DNA from: a virus
Length of the DNA: 64,000 bases
Reading direction: 5' to 3' (one strand)
IMG/VR virus record: IMGVR_UViG_3300042553_000685
A program made the translations under genes and the position numbers. Below, in pieces: positions 7,745 to 15,039 of this stretch; position 1 is the stretch's first letter; every line of letters begins with the position of its first letter. The notes beneath the pieces are model-generated. The model was given only the letters and a program-made list of their open reading frames with translations, was not told where the DNA came from and did no database searches.

Positions 7745-8183
7745 CAGACCGTGGTACTACGTTATATATAAGGGCCCCGATTCTTATATAGGTGTGACTG
7801 ATTATCTCGCGGCCGTGGCGCATGATAGGCAGTCTAGTCTAAGTTTTATGACACAGCAGAGTAGATTACTCAATTACCTGAAGAAGGGGCGCGCAGATTA
7901 TAAAACTAGTATCCGCGTAGCCCGCGCCATTAGGCCCGCCAGTGTAATAGGTTATGGTAACTATCTAGTAAGACAGAAGGGACACCTATCAGTTATTGAG
8001 CGGTGTGATGTTAGTACTCCTCATAGTCATAAGCATTTGAAATCCGCGCGGGCCGAGTTGATTATCTATCTCGAATGCGAGATGGACCGATGGAGTAAAA
8101 CAATTAGGACTATACGGAGATTAGATGCAGATAACGTTCAACGGCCCCTATCAGATGCTGCTGGGTCCGGCAGGGAGTGGTAA
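7728..8183 (+). CDS. Hypothetical protein (151 aa)
   Basis: ORF overlaps both neighbours. The N-terminal YYVIYKGPDSYIGVT is only weakly GIY-YIG-like and the spacing is atypical. Confidence 0.45.
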   Translation: MSILDDRPWYYVIYKGPDSYIGVTDYLAAVAHDRQSSLSFMTQQSRLLNYLKKGRADYKTSIRVARAIRPASVIGYGNYLVRQKGHLSVIERCDVSTPHSHKHLKSARAELIIYLECEMDRWSKTIRTIRRLDADNVQRPLSDAAGSGREW

Positions 8184-9303
8184 AACAACATACATACAGA
8201 GTTTGAGTAAGGCCCTCATCACTAGTAGTACTGGCGTGAGCGCTATTAATGCAGGCGGTACTACTATTCACGCGGCCCTCCAGTTCTTTGATACTACTAG
8301 TCTATTACGCTCCGCTTCCAGTGGAGCGCTGGCCACTAAGCTACGGGCTATATCTAATCTATTTGATACTCTAGTCATAGATGAGATCAGTATGTTACAT
8401 GGCCCGCAACTAACTATTATCCATCACGTAATGGAAAAGAGTAACATAAATATGAATCTCCTACTCGTGGGGGACTTCTGTCAATTACCACTAGTACCAG
8501 ATAAAAAGGTCACTAGCACGCCAGTCTATCAAACAGACTGCCTGCAGAGCTTCGATATACAGTACTTACGAGAGGTCAGGCGTCAGAGTGACCCCGGCTT
8601 CATACAGGCGCTGACTAGCGTAAGAGAAGGGCGGCCTCACGAAGCAGTAGATTGGTTCATAGATAATGTAGAGTTTGTCAATCAGATCGATGATAACTAC
8701 GCGGGCACTACTATCCTGACTACTAATGATAGTGTAGATAGATATAACGCCGTGCACCTAGCACAACTAGAAGGGCCTAGTCGCCTCTACACTAAGAACT
8801 ACGTTATACCGAAGGGGGGGAGGGCCGCTCCTGAGTGGAGCCAAATACCCGAATCAGTAGAGCTGAGGAAGGGCGCGCGCGTCATTCTACTTCGTAACAG
8901 ACTACCTGCGTATGCTAATGGCGATATCGCTATAGTCAAGGAGCTCATGACTAATACTATACTGGTGACAGTAGAACGTACCGGTCAGGAGACTATCATT
9001 GAATACGTGACACGAGATAATAAAGAGCTCGGCACTAACAAGCTATTGGGTCGCTGCCACTACTTACCCGTTAGACTGGGCTATGCCCTCACTGTTCATC
9101 GTAGTCAGGGGCTCACGCTTAATAACGTACAGGCTCGTCTCAGTAATTTACGTTGGCTCAGCGGGGGCCTCTATACTATTCTTAGTCGTGTACGTCATTA
9201 TAGCGGCCTCCGCCTGATAGGTACACGATCCGCCTTCTGTGATAGTTGCTATATAGAGCCTTCTATCCTTAAATTCTATAATCAGTTAGGTACTAAATCA
9301 TAA
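8125..9303 (+). CDS. SF1 helicase (Pif1 / RecD / Dda-like)
   Basis: Walker A GPAGSGKTT, Walker B VIDEISM, LLLVGDFCQLP, and TVHRSQGLT. Confidence 0.85.
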   Translation: MQITFNGPYQMLLGPAGSGKTTYIQSLSKALITSSTGVSAINAGGTTIHAALQFFDTTSLLRSASSGALATKLRAISNLFDTLVIDEISMLHGPQLTIIHHVMEKSNINMNLLLVGDFCQLPLVPDKKVTSTPVYQTDCLQSFDIQYLREVRRQSDPGFIQALTSVREGRPHEAVDWFIDNVEFVNQIDDNYAGTTILTTNDSVDRYNAVHLAQLEGPSRLYTKNYVIPKGGRAAPEWSQIPESVELRKGARVILLRNRLPAYANGDIAIVKELMTNTILVTVERTGQETIIEYVTRDNKELGTNKLLGRCHYLPVRLGYALTVHRSQGLTLNNVQARLSNLRWLSGGLYTILSRVRHYSGLRLIGTRSAFCDSCYIEPSILKFYNQLGTKS

Positions 9304-9584
9304 TGTTCGATTTACTTAGATACTTGCGGGGGCGTATATCTGACTTCCGCGAACCATATCAATCTCGTACGGCCCTTGGCGACGAGATCTTCTGCTGGTT
9401 TTACGGCACTCGCCGTCTCGCGTGTGTTAGATGGATTAAGGGTGGTTATTGTATTATTCCTAACTACCGCCCTAATCTATTGAGCTTCTTATCTACATTC
9501 AAGTCTGCTCAACAATACAATGACGAGGAGGCACCTGATGCCGTATACCAGGCTTATAGAAACCTATTTGATAACAATGGGTGA
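9303..9584 (+). CDS. Hypothetical protein (93 aa)
   Basis: ATG overlaps the helicase stop (TAATG). A terminator follows. Confidence 0.5.
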   Translation: MFDLLRYLRGRISDFREPYQSRTALGDEIFCWFYGTRRLACVRWIKGGYCIIPNYRPNLLSFLSTFKSAQQYNDEEAPDAVYQAYRNLFDNNG

Positions 9585-9621
9585 ACTACTGTGAGGTAGA
9601 ATCTTTCATCAATTATTAGTG

Positions 9622-9655
9622 GCCCCCCTACACTTTGGCAGGGGGGCTAGTTTTC
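9622..9655 (+). terminator. Rho-independent terminator
   Basis: 8-bp stem GCCCCCCT (9622-9629) / AGGGGGGC (9640-9647), followed by TAGTTTT. It marks the end of the backbone block and the start of the AT-rich island. Confidence 0.65.
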
Positions 9656-9712
9656 GGTACTTGTTAGATATACTTTGGTTATTCGCTATTATTAGTTTAA
9701 GGAAAAAATAAA

Positions 9713-10039
9713 ATGCACCAAAATATAAGCACCGATGAAGCAATCAAGCTACTCAAAGAAGATGATAATGCTGATTGGTCATGGTCGGGCGCTGAGGCTT
9801 TAGTTGAGTATCTAGAAGATTTAGAGGATAGCCTTGGTGAATCTATCGCGTTTGATAGAGTCGCTATCCGGTGCGAGTATTCAGAATACTCTAGCGCTCT
9901 AGAAACGGCCGAACATTACGGCTTTATACCAGAAGATGATGAGGATGAGGATGATGTAGAGTCATCTGCTATTACTTATCTAGAAGACAGAACAACAGTA
10001 ATTAAATTTGATGGGGGCGTTATTATTCAACAATTTTAA
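9713..10039 (+). CDS. Highly acidic small protein (108 aa)
   Basis: By my count about 30 Asp/Glu against 6 Lys/Arg, including EDDEDEDDVE. An AAGGA lies upstream of the ATG. This is the first gene of the AT-rich island. Confidence 0.6.
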   Translation: MHQNISTDEAIKLLKEDDNADWSWSGAEALVEYLEDLEDSLGESIAFDRVAIRCEYSEYSSALETAEHYGFIPEDDEDEDDVESSAITYLEDRTTVIKFDGGVIIQQF

Positions 10040-10085
10040 TTAATTAGTTAGACATAAAGTATCTTAACGAGTATTCTTGTTAGTC

Positions 10086-10150
10086 TATTCTTATTGATGA
10101 TAAGAATAATTAGTTATACTGTTATTTCAGTTGTCCTGAAATAACAGTAT
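10086..10150 (+). other. Two adjacent perfect hairpins (9 bp and 15 bp)
   Basis: TATTCTTAT (10086-10094) pairs with ATAAGAATA (10100-10108). ATACTGTTATTTCAG (10116-10130) pairs with CTGAAATAACAGTAT (10136-10150). No T-tract follows. Confidence 0.5.
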
Positions 10151-10187
10151 GTGGTACAACATATTGTCATCTATACGGAGGGTATAA

Positions 10188-10604
10188 ATGCTTACTGAAT
10201 TTTTGCATGATTGGGTCAAGTCTGAGCCTCACATTTGTGGGTATGGGTTGGGTACTTTTCGGAATACCTTTTTTATCGAACTATCTTGGGGTGATTGGAT
10301 TTCTATCTCTACCTCTGGTCCTGATCCCTTTTTGTTAGATCGGGGGTCGCTTGCTAAGTTGATCTATTTTTTCCAAATGCGTCTAGATAGCTTTGGTTAT
10401 GGTTGGGTTATTCAACGATTACCTAATAGTTATACTGTGACAGTTAGTGTGAATTCTGATCCTTACGAGACTTCACGTTGTTTTGTCTCTCGGCAAGAGT
10501 CTCTCATTGAAGCTTTGCTAGAGGTGTATTTAAAGGTGGTTGCTTATAAGAAAAAGTCGTTTTTACGTCCAGTAAAAAAGAAGGCATTTGATGAAAGAGA
10601 TTAA
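10188..10604 (+). CDS. Hypothetical protein (138 aa) leading the small-ORF array
   Basis: ORF ends ...FDERD-TAA inside the first array start box (ttt GAT GAA AGA GAT TAA read as ATG AAA GAG ATT AAT). This is the same junction architecture as the array units. Confidence 0.55.
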   Translation: MLTEFLHDWVKSEPHICGYGLGTFRNTFFIELSWGDWISISTSGPDPFLLDRGSLAKLIYFFQMRLDSFGYGWVIQRLPNSYTVTVSVNSDPYETSRCFVSRQESLIEALLEVYLKVVAYKKKSFLRPVKKKAFDERD

Positions 10605-10832
10605 TACAAATTATTGGGCGCCCCATAATCATGAATGGGCACCGTATCATGATTATGGGCTGCGCCTATACCTATTACTAACCTACCAATTTTAGCAAAC
10701 GGTGATAGTTTATACTATAGCTTCTACGTTTATAATGCTGGGGGGCCCGCTAAGTTTTATTATAAACTGGCAGGAAATGTATATAAGATTCTAGATGAGG
10801 ACGGTTATTTCGATGAAGATTATCAATTGTAA
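10591..10832 (+). pseudogene. Array unit 1, frameshifted
   Basis: MKEINTNYWAPHNHEWAPYHDYG is in one frame. (W)AAPIPITNLPILANGDSLYYSFYVYNAGGPAKFYYKLAGNVYKILDEDGYFDEDYQL is in the next frame. The break is at the G-run 10657-10659, where one extra G would restore the frame. Confidence 0.5.
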
Positions 10833-11025
10833 CGGTTGGGCTCCTCGTAATACTAGATGGGCTCCATATTGGGGTGAACTTGTACCTATTACTGATCCTC
10901 TGATAACAAGTGGTTATAGTTTATACTATAAGTTTCATACTTATAATAATGAAGGGCTTGCTTGGTTTTATCGTAAACTATCGCCAGATGAGAATGATTA
11001 TCTCTATGAAGAATGGTTGGCTTAG
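10795..11025 (+). CDS. Array unit small protein
   Basis: MK-box start at 10813. Blocks are INCNGWAPRN, VPITDPL, SLYYKF, LAWFYRKL. Confidence 0.45.
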   Translation: MRTVISMKIINCNGWAPRNTRWAPYWGELVPITDPLITSGYSLYYKFHTYNNEGLAWFYRKLSPDENDYLYEEWLA

Positions 11026-11221
11026 TAGTAATTGGGGTCCACATATGTCTATATCTGGATCTATTACTGACCCGGCGATTCTAGCAAACGGCGATAATTT
11101 ATATTATACATGGTTCTATGAAAGTATAATTGGGGCCTATACTCTTGAATTAGACAAGTTATATTTTTCTATCGACTTGTTTTATTATAACCTGCGTTTT
11201 TATCAGCGCTCTTTAACATAG
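10910..11221 (+). CDS. Array unit small protein (long subtype)
   Basis: The unit proper starts at 10988/11006 (MRMIISMKNGW). Blocks are ITDPAILANGDNLYYTWFY and YTLELDKLYFSIDLFYY. Confidence 0.4.
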   Translation: MVIVYTISFILIIMKGLLGFIVNYRQMRMIISMKNGWLSSNWGPHMSISGSITDPAILANGDNLYYTWFYESIIGAYTLELDKLYFSIDLFYYNLRFYQRSLT

Positions 11222-11242
11222 ACTGGTATATTGATATTTTAG

Positions 11243-11467
11243 GTGAGGATGATTATTTCGATGAAAACAATTGATTTATGCTGGGCTCTGTATGATGAAT
11301 GGGGTATACCTGTACTTATCACTGCTCCGCCAGTAGTAAATATCAATAATTTATATTATAGCTTCTATCCTTATAATTCTAGAGAACTTGCTATATTTTA
11401 CTATAGTCTGTCGTGGGGTAGTATTTTTTTTCTAGATGAGGATGATTATTTCAATGAAGATGATTAA
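11243..11467 (+). CDS. Array unit small protein (subtype A)
   Basis: MK start at 11261. Blocks are LITAPPVVNINNLYYSFY, LAIFYY, and tail LDEDDYFNEDD. Confidence 0.45.
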   Translation: MRMIISMKTIDLCWALYDEWGIPVLITAPPVVNINNLYYSFYPYNSRELAIFYYSLSWGSIFFLDEDDYFNEDD

Positions 11468-11648
11468 TTGTAGCAATTGGGCCCCACGTAATCCGTTGAA
11501 TATACCTATACCTATTACTGACCCGCCTGTTGACCTACAGGGATTATTAGGTAAATTGTATTTTGCTTATAGCCCTGGGAGACTCGCCTGGTTTTATTAT
11601 AGGCTGGGAGAATTTGTGATATTTTATTATATATGGCTTTTTGAATAG
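11436..11648 (+). CDS. Array unit small protein (subtype B)
   Basis: MK start at 11454. Blocks are INCSNWAPRN, IPIPITDPPVDLQG, RLAWFYYRLGEFVI. Confidence 0.45.
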   Translation: MRMIISMKMINCSNWAPRNPLNIPIPITDPPVDLQGLLGKLYFAYSPGRLAWFYYRLGEFVIFYYIWLFE

Positions 11649-11663
11649 GGGGCAATTACTTCA

Positions 11664-11822
11664 ATGAGAGCGATTAGATGTAACAGGCTTAATTACTTTT
11701 TTTATTTTGTTGAGGGTCTCGATACCTATACTCCTGAATTAAGGTTTTATGCTGTCGACCGATTTTACTATAGACTGTGTATACACATGGCAGATAAGTA
11801 TATATGGGGCCTATACCCTTGA
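11664..11822 (+). CDS. Array unit small protein (subtype C, 52 aa)
   Basis: Below the ORF-track cutoff. Translation is MRAIRCNRLNYFFYFVEGLDTYTPELRFYAVDRFYYRL... Confidence 0.3.
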   Translation: MRAIRCNRLNYFFYFVEGLDTYTPELRFYAVDRFYYRLCIHMADKYIWGLYP

Positions 11823-11931
11823 ATTACACAAGTTATATGTCTCTATCAACTTCTTTTATTTCAAGGCGTTTTACTACAGACAGGATATTGATATTTTAGT
11901 TGAGGATAACTATCTCTATGAAAACAATTAA
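11749..11931 (+). CDS. Partial array unit ORF
   Basis: Contains YTLELHKLYVSINFFYF and ends in the junction box (EDNYLYENN-stop). It lacks the MK-box N-terminus and may be a remnant. Confidence 0.3.
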   Translation: MLSTDFTIDCVYTWQISIYGAYTLELHKLYVSINFFYFKAFYYRQDIDILVEDNYLYENN

Positions 11932-12127
11932 TCCAAATTGCTGGGCCCCGTATGAGTGTGAATGGATTGCACCTATACCTATCACTGCTCCGCCAGTAGC
12001 AAATATCAATAATTTATACCATAGTTTCTATATTTATAATTCTACAGGACTTGCTATATTTTACTATAGACTGTCGGGGATAGTATTATATAATCTATAT
12101 GAGGATGATTATTTCTTCAATGAATAA
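11900..12127 (+). CDS. Array unit small protein (subtype A)
   Basis: MK start at 11918. Blocks are INPNCWAP, IPITAPPVANINNLYHSFY, LAIFYYRL. Confidence 0.45.
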   Translation: MRITISMKTINPNCWAPYECEWIAPIPITAPPVANINNLYHSFYIYNSTGLAIFYYRLSGIVLYNLYEDDYFFNE

Positions 12128-12359
12128 GATTAATTCTAACAATTGGGCCCCACGTAATCAGTCGAGTATACCTATACCTATTACTGACCCGCCTGTTGGC
12201 CTACAGGGATTATGCTTTTTTGCTTATAATCCTGAGAGACTCGTCTGGTTTTATTATAGACTAGGAAGTATGTTATATAACATTCTAGATAAGGACAGTT
12301 ATTTCAGTGTGCTATACAACATTCTATATGAGGACAATTATTTCGATGAAGAAGATTAA
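12099..12359 (+). CDS. Array unit small protein (subtype B)
   Basis: MNKIN start at 12120. Blocks are NNWAPRN, IPIPITDPPVGLQG, RLVWFYYRL, and tail YEDNYFDEED. Confidence 0.45.
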   Translation: MRMIISSMNKINSNNWAPRNQSSIPIPITDPPVGLQGLCFFAYNPERLVWFYYRLGSMLYNILDKDSYFSVLYNILYEDNYFDEED

Positions 12360-12558
12360 TTCTGATAATTGGGCTCCTCGTAATAAAAGAGCCCCGCATG
12401 CGTGGACTTCATACATACCTATCACTAATCCGCTTCTAGCGAGCGTTGATAACTTATACTATAGCTTTTATGATGTGGTGCTGTTTTATTATATACTGGA
12501 AAGAGTAGCATCATATAACATTTTGGATGAGGACAATTACTTCTATGAAGATGATTAA
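12307..12558 (+). CDS. Array unit small protein
   Basis: MKKIN start at 12346. Blocks are SDNWAPRNK, YIPITNPL, NLYYSFY, LDEDNYFYEDD. It is the first member of a duplicated two-unit block. Confidence 0.45.
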   Translation: MCYTTFYMRTIISMKKINSDNWAPRNKRAPHAWTSYIPITNPLLASVDNLYYSFYDVVLFYYILERVASYNILDEDNYFYEDD

Positions 12559-12739
12559 TTGTAATGGTTGGGCTCCTTGTAATAAGTTGTGGGGAGCCGC
12601 ACCTATACCTATTACTAACCCATTGATAGCAAACCATAATAGTTTATACGATAACTTTTATGTCAGAGGAGTCGCTTGGGTTTACTACAACCTATCTGAG
12701 CCTACTATAACCTACCATTATTTCTATGAAGAAGATTAA
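12527..12739 (+). CDS. Array unit small protein
   Basis: MK start at 12545. Blocks are INCNGWAPCNK, APIPITNPLIANHNSLY, VAWVYYNL. Confidence 0.45.
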   Translation: MRTITSMKMINCNGWAPCNKLWGAAPIPITNPLIANHNSLYDNFYVRGVAWVYYNLSEPTITYHYFYEED

Positions 12740-12938
12740 TTCTGATAATTGGGCTCCTTTTAATAAAAGAGCCCCGTATGAGTGGGCTCCATACATACCT
12801 ATCACTAATCCGCCTCTAGTGCGCGTTGATAATTTATACTATAGCTTTTATGATGTGGTGCTGTTTTATTATATACTGGAAAGAGTAGCATCATATAACA
12901 TTCTAGATGAGGACAATTACTTCTATGAAGATGATTAA
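12726..12938 (+). CDS. Array unit small protein
   Basis: Near-identical paralog of 12346-12558 (MKKINSDNWAPFNK...LDEDNYFYEDD). Confidence 0.45.
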   Translation: MKKINSDNWAPFNKRAPYEWAPYIPITNPPLVRVDNLYYSFYDVVLFYYILERVASYNILDEDNYFYEDD

Positions 12939-13131
12939 TTGTAATGGTTGTTTTCTTCGTAATAAGCTGGTTCCATATGAGTGGGGCGCCGCACCTATAC
13001 CTATTACTAACCCATTGATAGCAAACCATAATAGTTTATACGATAACTTTTATGTCAGAGGAGTCGCTTGGGTTTACTACAACCTATCTGAGCCTACTAT
13101 AACCTATCATTATTTCTATGAAGAAGATTAA
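12907..13131 (+). CDS. Array unit small protein
   Basis: MK start at 12925. Near-identical paralog of 12545-12739 except at the N-terminus (NGCFLRNKLVPYEWG). Confidence 0.45.
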   Translation: MRTITSMKMINCNGCFLRNKLVPYEWGAAPIPITNPLIANHNSLYDNFYVRGVAWVYYNLSEPTITYHYFYEED

Positions 13132-13309
13132 TTGTAACGATTGGGCTCCTCGTAATAAGCCGGTTCCGTATGAAGAGGCCGCACCCATACCTATTACTAA
13201 CCCGTTGATAGTAAACCATAATTATTTATACTATAACTTTCACACTTATAGTGCCGGAGGAGTCGCTTGCGTTTACCGTAATATAACCTATCATTATTTC
13301 TATGAATAA
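13118..13309 (+). CDS. Array unit small protein
   Basis: MKKINCNDWAPRNK, APIPITNPLIVNHNYLYYNF. The stop lies inside the next start box (ATGAATAA). Confidence 0.45.
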   Translation: MKKINCNDWAPRNKPVPYEEAAPIPITNPLIVNHNYLYYNFHTYSAGGVACVYRNITYHYFYE

Positions 13310-13529
13310 GATTAATTGTATTGGTTGGGCTCCGCGTAATATTAAATGGGCTCAGTCTGGATGGGGGGCATATGTACCTACTGCTGTCCCTCCAATAGCA
13401 GATAATAAGTTATTCTATAACTTCTATTTTTATCATGATGGAGGGCCAGCCAGGTTTTACAATAGACTAGTAGGAGTAGTGTTGTATAGCTTTCTGGATG
13501 AGGACAATTACTTTAATAAAGATGATTAA
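13302..13529 (+). CDS. Array unit small protein
   Basis: MNKINCIGWAPRN, YVPTAVPPIADNKLFYNFY, ARFYNRL, LDEDNYFNKDD. Confidence 0.45.
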   Translation: MNKINCIGWAPRNIKWAQSGWGAYVPTAVPPIADNKLFYNFYFYHDGGPARFYNRLVGVVLYSFLDEDNYFNKDD

Positions 13530-13806
13530 TTGTAACAATTGGGCGCCTCATAGTAATAACGATTGTTGGACTGCACGTAATAAGTTGAGTATACCGATAC
13601 CTATTACTGACCCACCGATTTTACCAAATGGTGATAATCTATACTATCTATGGTTCTATCGTTACTACCATGAAAGCATGGGTCTCGGGGCCTATATCCC
13701 TGAATTGAACAAGTTACATGTTCCTATCAACGTGTTTTATCATAGATTAGGAAATGTGTTATATAACATTCTAAATGAGGACGGTTATTTCGATGAAGAT
13801 GATTAA
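13498..13806 (+). CDS. Array unit small protein (long subtype)
   Basis: MK start at 13522. Blocks are IPIPITDPPILPNGDNLYYLWFY, YIPELNKLHVPINVFYHRL, and tail NEDGYFDEDD. Confidence 0.45.
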   Translation: MRTITLIKMINCNNWAPHSNNDCWTARNKLSIPIPITDPPILPNGDNLYYLWFYRYYHESMGLGAYIPELNKLHVPINVFYHRLGNVLYNILNEDGYFDEDD

Positions 13807-13984
13807 TTGTAATGGTCGGGCTCTGAACAATAAGCTTAAGATCTCTATGCTTATTGAGCCTTCTGTTGGTGACCTACAGGTGTATTTTGCTTGTAGTCCT
13901 GGGAGACTCAGACTCACCTGGTTTTATTATAGACTGGGAGAATTTGTGATATATGGCCTTTATGGGGGGCGGTTACCTCAATGA
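13775..13984 (+). CDS. Array unit small protein (subtype B, diverged)
   Basis: MK start at 13793. Blocks are INCNGRALNNK, VGDLQ, RLTWFYYRLGEFVI. Confidence 0.4.
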   Translation: MRTVISMKMINCNGRALNNKLKISMLIEPSVGDLQVYFACSPGRLRLTWFYYRLGEFVIYGLYGGRLPQ

Positions 13985-14154
13985 GGGCGATTAGTTGTAA
14001 CAAGCTTAATTACTTGTTTTATTATTATGAGGATGTGGGCCTCGAGAGTCATATCCCTGAATTAAGCAGGTGCTCTATCAACCGGTTTTATTATAGGCTG
14101 ATAGCTGTAATACACAACATACTATATAGGTATACATTCTATGAAGATGATTGA
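13981..14154 (+). CDS. Array unit small protein (subtype C, 57 aa)
   Basis: Below the ORF-track cutoff. Translation is MRAISCNKLNYLFYYYEDVGLESHIPELSRCSINRFYYRL...YEDD. It has an ATGA overlap with the upstream stop. Confidence 0.35.
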   Translation: MRAISCNKLNYLFYYYEDVGLESHIPELSRCSINRFYYRLIAVIHNILYRYTFYEDD

Positions 14155-14329
14155 TAACGCTCCCGACCTTGCTTTGTTTTACAACTTGATTCTATACAGT
14201 TGGAATGTGTATAATAAGCACAAGGCCTCTATACCTATTAACACTGTCAACCTGTTTTACTATAGACTAGTGGCTTTTATATATAACGCTCTAGATGAGA
14301 GTGATTACTTTAATGAAGAATATTTCTAA
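14141..14329 (+). CDS. Array unit small protein (diverged)
   Basis: MKMIDN..., IPINTVNLFYYRL, LDESDYFNEEYF. Confidence 0.35.
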   Translation: MKMIDNAPDLALFYNLILYSWNVYNKHKASIPINTVNLFYYRLVAFIYNALDESDYFNEEYF

Positions 14330-14468
14330 CGATTTGTATGACATTACCTTATCTTACTACTGGAATGTGTGTGATAAGCTGAAGGGCCATACACATATTA
14401 ACCCTACCGGCGAGTTTTTATACCTGTTTTACTATAGACTGATAAGTGTATTGTCTGACACATTCTAG
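14313..14468 (+). CDS. Array unit small ORF (51 aa, diverged)
   Basis: MKNISNDLYDITLSYYWNVCDKLKGHTHINPTGEFLYLFYYRL... Below the ORF-track cutoff. Confidence 0.3.
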   Translation: MKNISNDLYDITLSYYWNVCDKLKGHTHINPTGEFLYLFYYRLISVLSDTF

Positions 14469-14514
14469 ATGAGAATGAATAAGGATGATATTATATATAA
14501 GGACGGTTATTCTG

Positions 14515-14661
14515 GTGAAGACTATTATATGTGACGAGTGGACTCTACACAATAAGCTTAGAGCCTCTATGCTTATTAAGCCTTTTGTTAGGGCAGCCTA
14601 CTTAGTGTTTAATAAGCAGGTTTACTCTAGATTATATATAGCGGGACGATTATTTCTATGA
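14515..14661 (+). CDS. Array unit small ORF (48 aa, GTG start, diverged WTLHNK subtype)
   Basis: VKTIICDEWTLHNKLRASMLIKPFVRAAYLV...SRL. Its stop overlaps the next ATG (ATGA at 14658). Confidence 0.25.
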   Translation: MKTIICDEWTLHNKLRASMLIKPFVRAAYLVFNKQVYSRLYIAGRLFL

Positions 14662-14861
14662 AGATAATTGATTGTAATGGCTGGACTTCGCGTAATATCT
14701 TTAATATGCCTATACCTATTACTGACCCGCCTGTTGACCTACAGGGATTGTTAGTTGCTTATAGTCCTGGGGGACTTGCTTGGTTTTATTATAGATTACT
14801 AGAACTTGTAATATATAGTTTTCTTAATAGAGAGGACGATTATTTCAATGAAGATGATTAA
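14658..14861 (+). CDS. Array unit small protein (subtype B)
   Basis: MKIIDCNGWTSRN, MPIPITDPPVDLQG, LAWFYYRL, REDDYFNEDD. Confidence 0.45.
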   Translation: MKIIDCNGWTSRNIFNMPIPITDPPVDLQGLLVAYSPGGLAWFYYRLLELVIYSFLNREDDYFNEDD

Positions 14862-15039
14862 CTGTGACACGCACATTCAGATAAGTACTGACAAGCTAAA
14901 ATTAGCAAATGGTGATAATTTATACTATAGTTTCATTTTTACTATATTTGGAGGGCCCGCCAGGTTTTACTATAGACTGGTAGCTGTGATATACGACATT
15001 CTATATGAGGATGATTATTTCAATGAAGAATATTTCTAA
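14848..15039 (+). CDS. Array unit small protein
   Basis: MKMINCD..., LANGDNLYYSF, ARFYYRL, YEDDYFNEEYF. Confidence 0.4.
   Translation: MKMINCDTHIQISTDKLKLANGDNLYYSFIFTIFGGPARFYYRLVAVIYDILYEDDYFNEEYF

Larger units (their letters stand above)
12346..13117 (+). repeat. Tandem duplication of a two-unit block (380 bp + 392 bp)
   Basis: 12346-12725 and 12726-13117 align almost base for base. Long identical runs include the whole CTTTTATGATGTGGTGCTGTTTTATTATATACTGGAAAGAGTAGCATCATATAACATT stretch. Confidence 0.85.

Noticed and set aside
7728-8183. GIY-YIG homing endonuclease call for the 151-aa ORF
   Set aside because: YVIY...YIG is present, but the two elements are only 5 residues apart where about 10 is usual. 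I could not find the downstream Arg/Glu/Asn signature, so I left it hypothetical.
12425-13029. Two similar 70-74 aa - strand ORFs in the array (12425-12637 and 12805-13029), plus 15956-16144
   Set aside because: Their similarity to each other simply mirrors the + strand block duplication. They are antisense to the conserved unit ORFs and lack the conserved junction architecture.
12346-13117. Diversity-generating retroelement template/variable repeat pair
   Set aside because: No reverse transcriptase ORF is present in the window. The mismatches between the two blocks are not adenine-specific; C/T, C/A and multi-base changes are seen.
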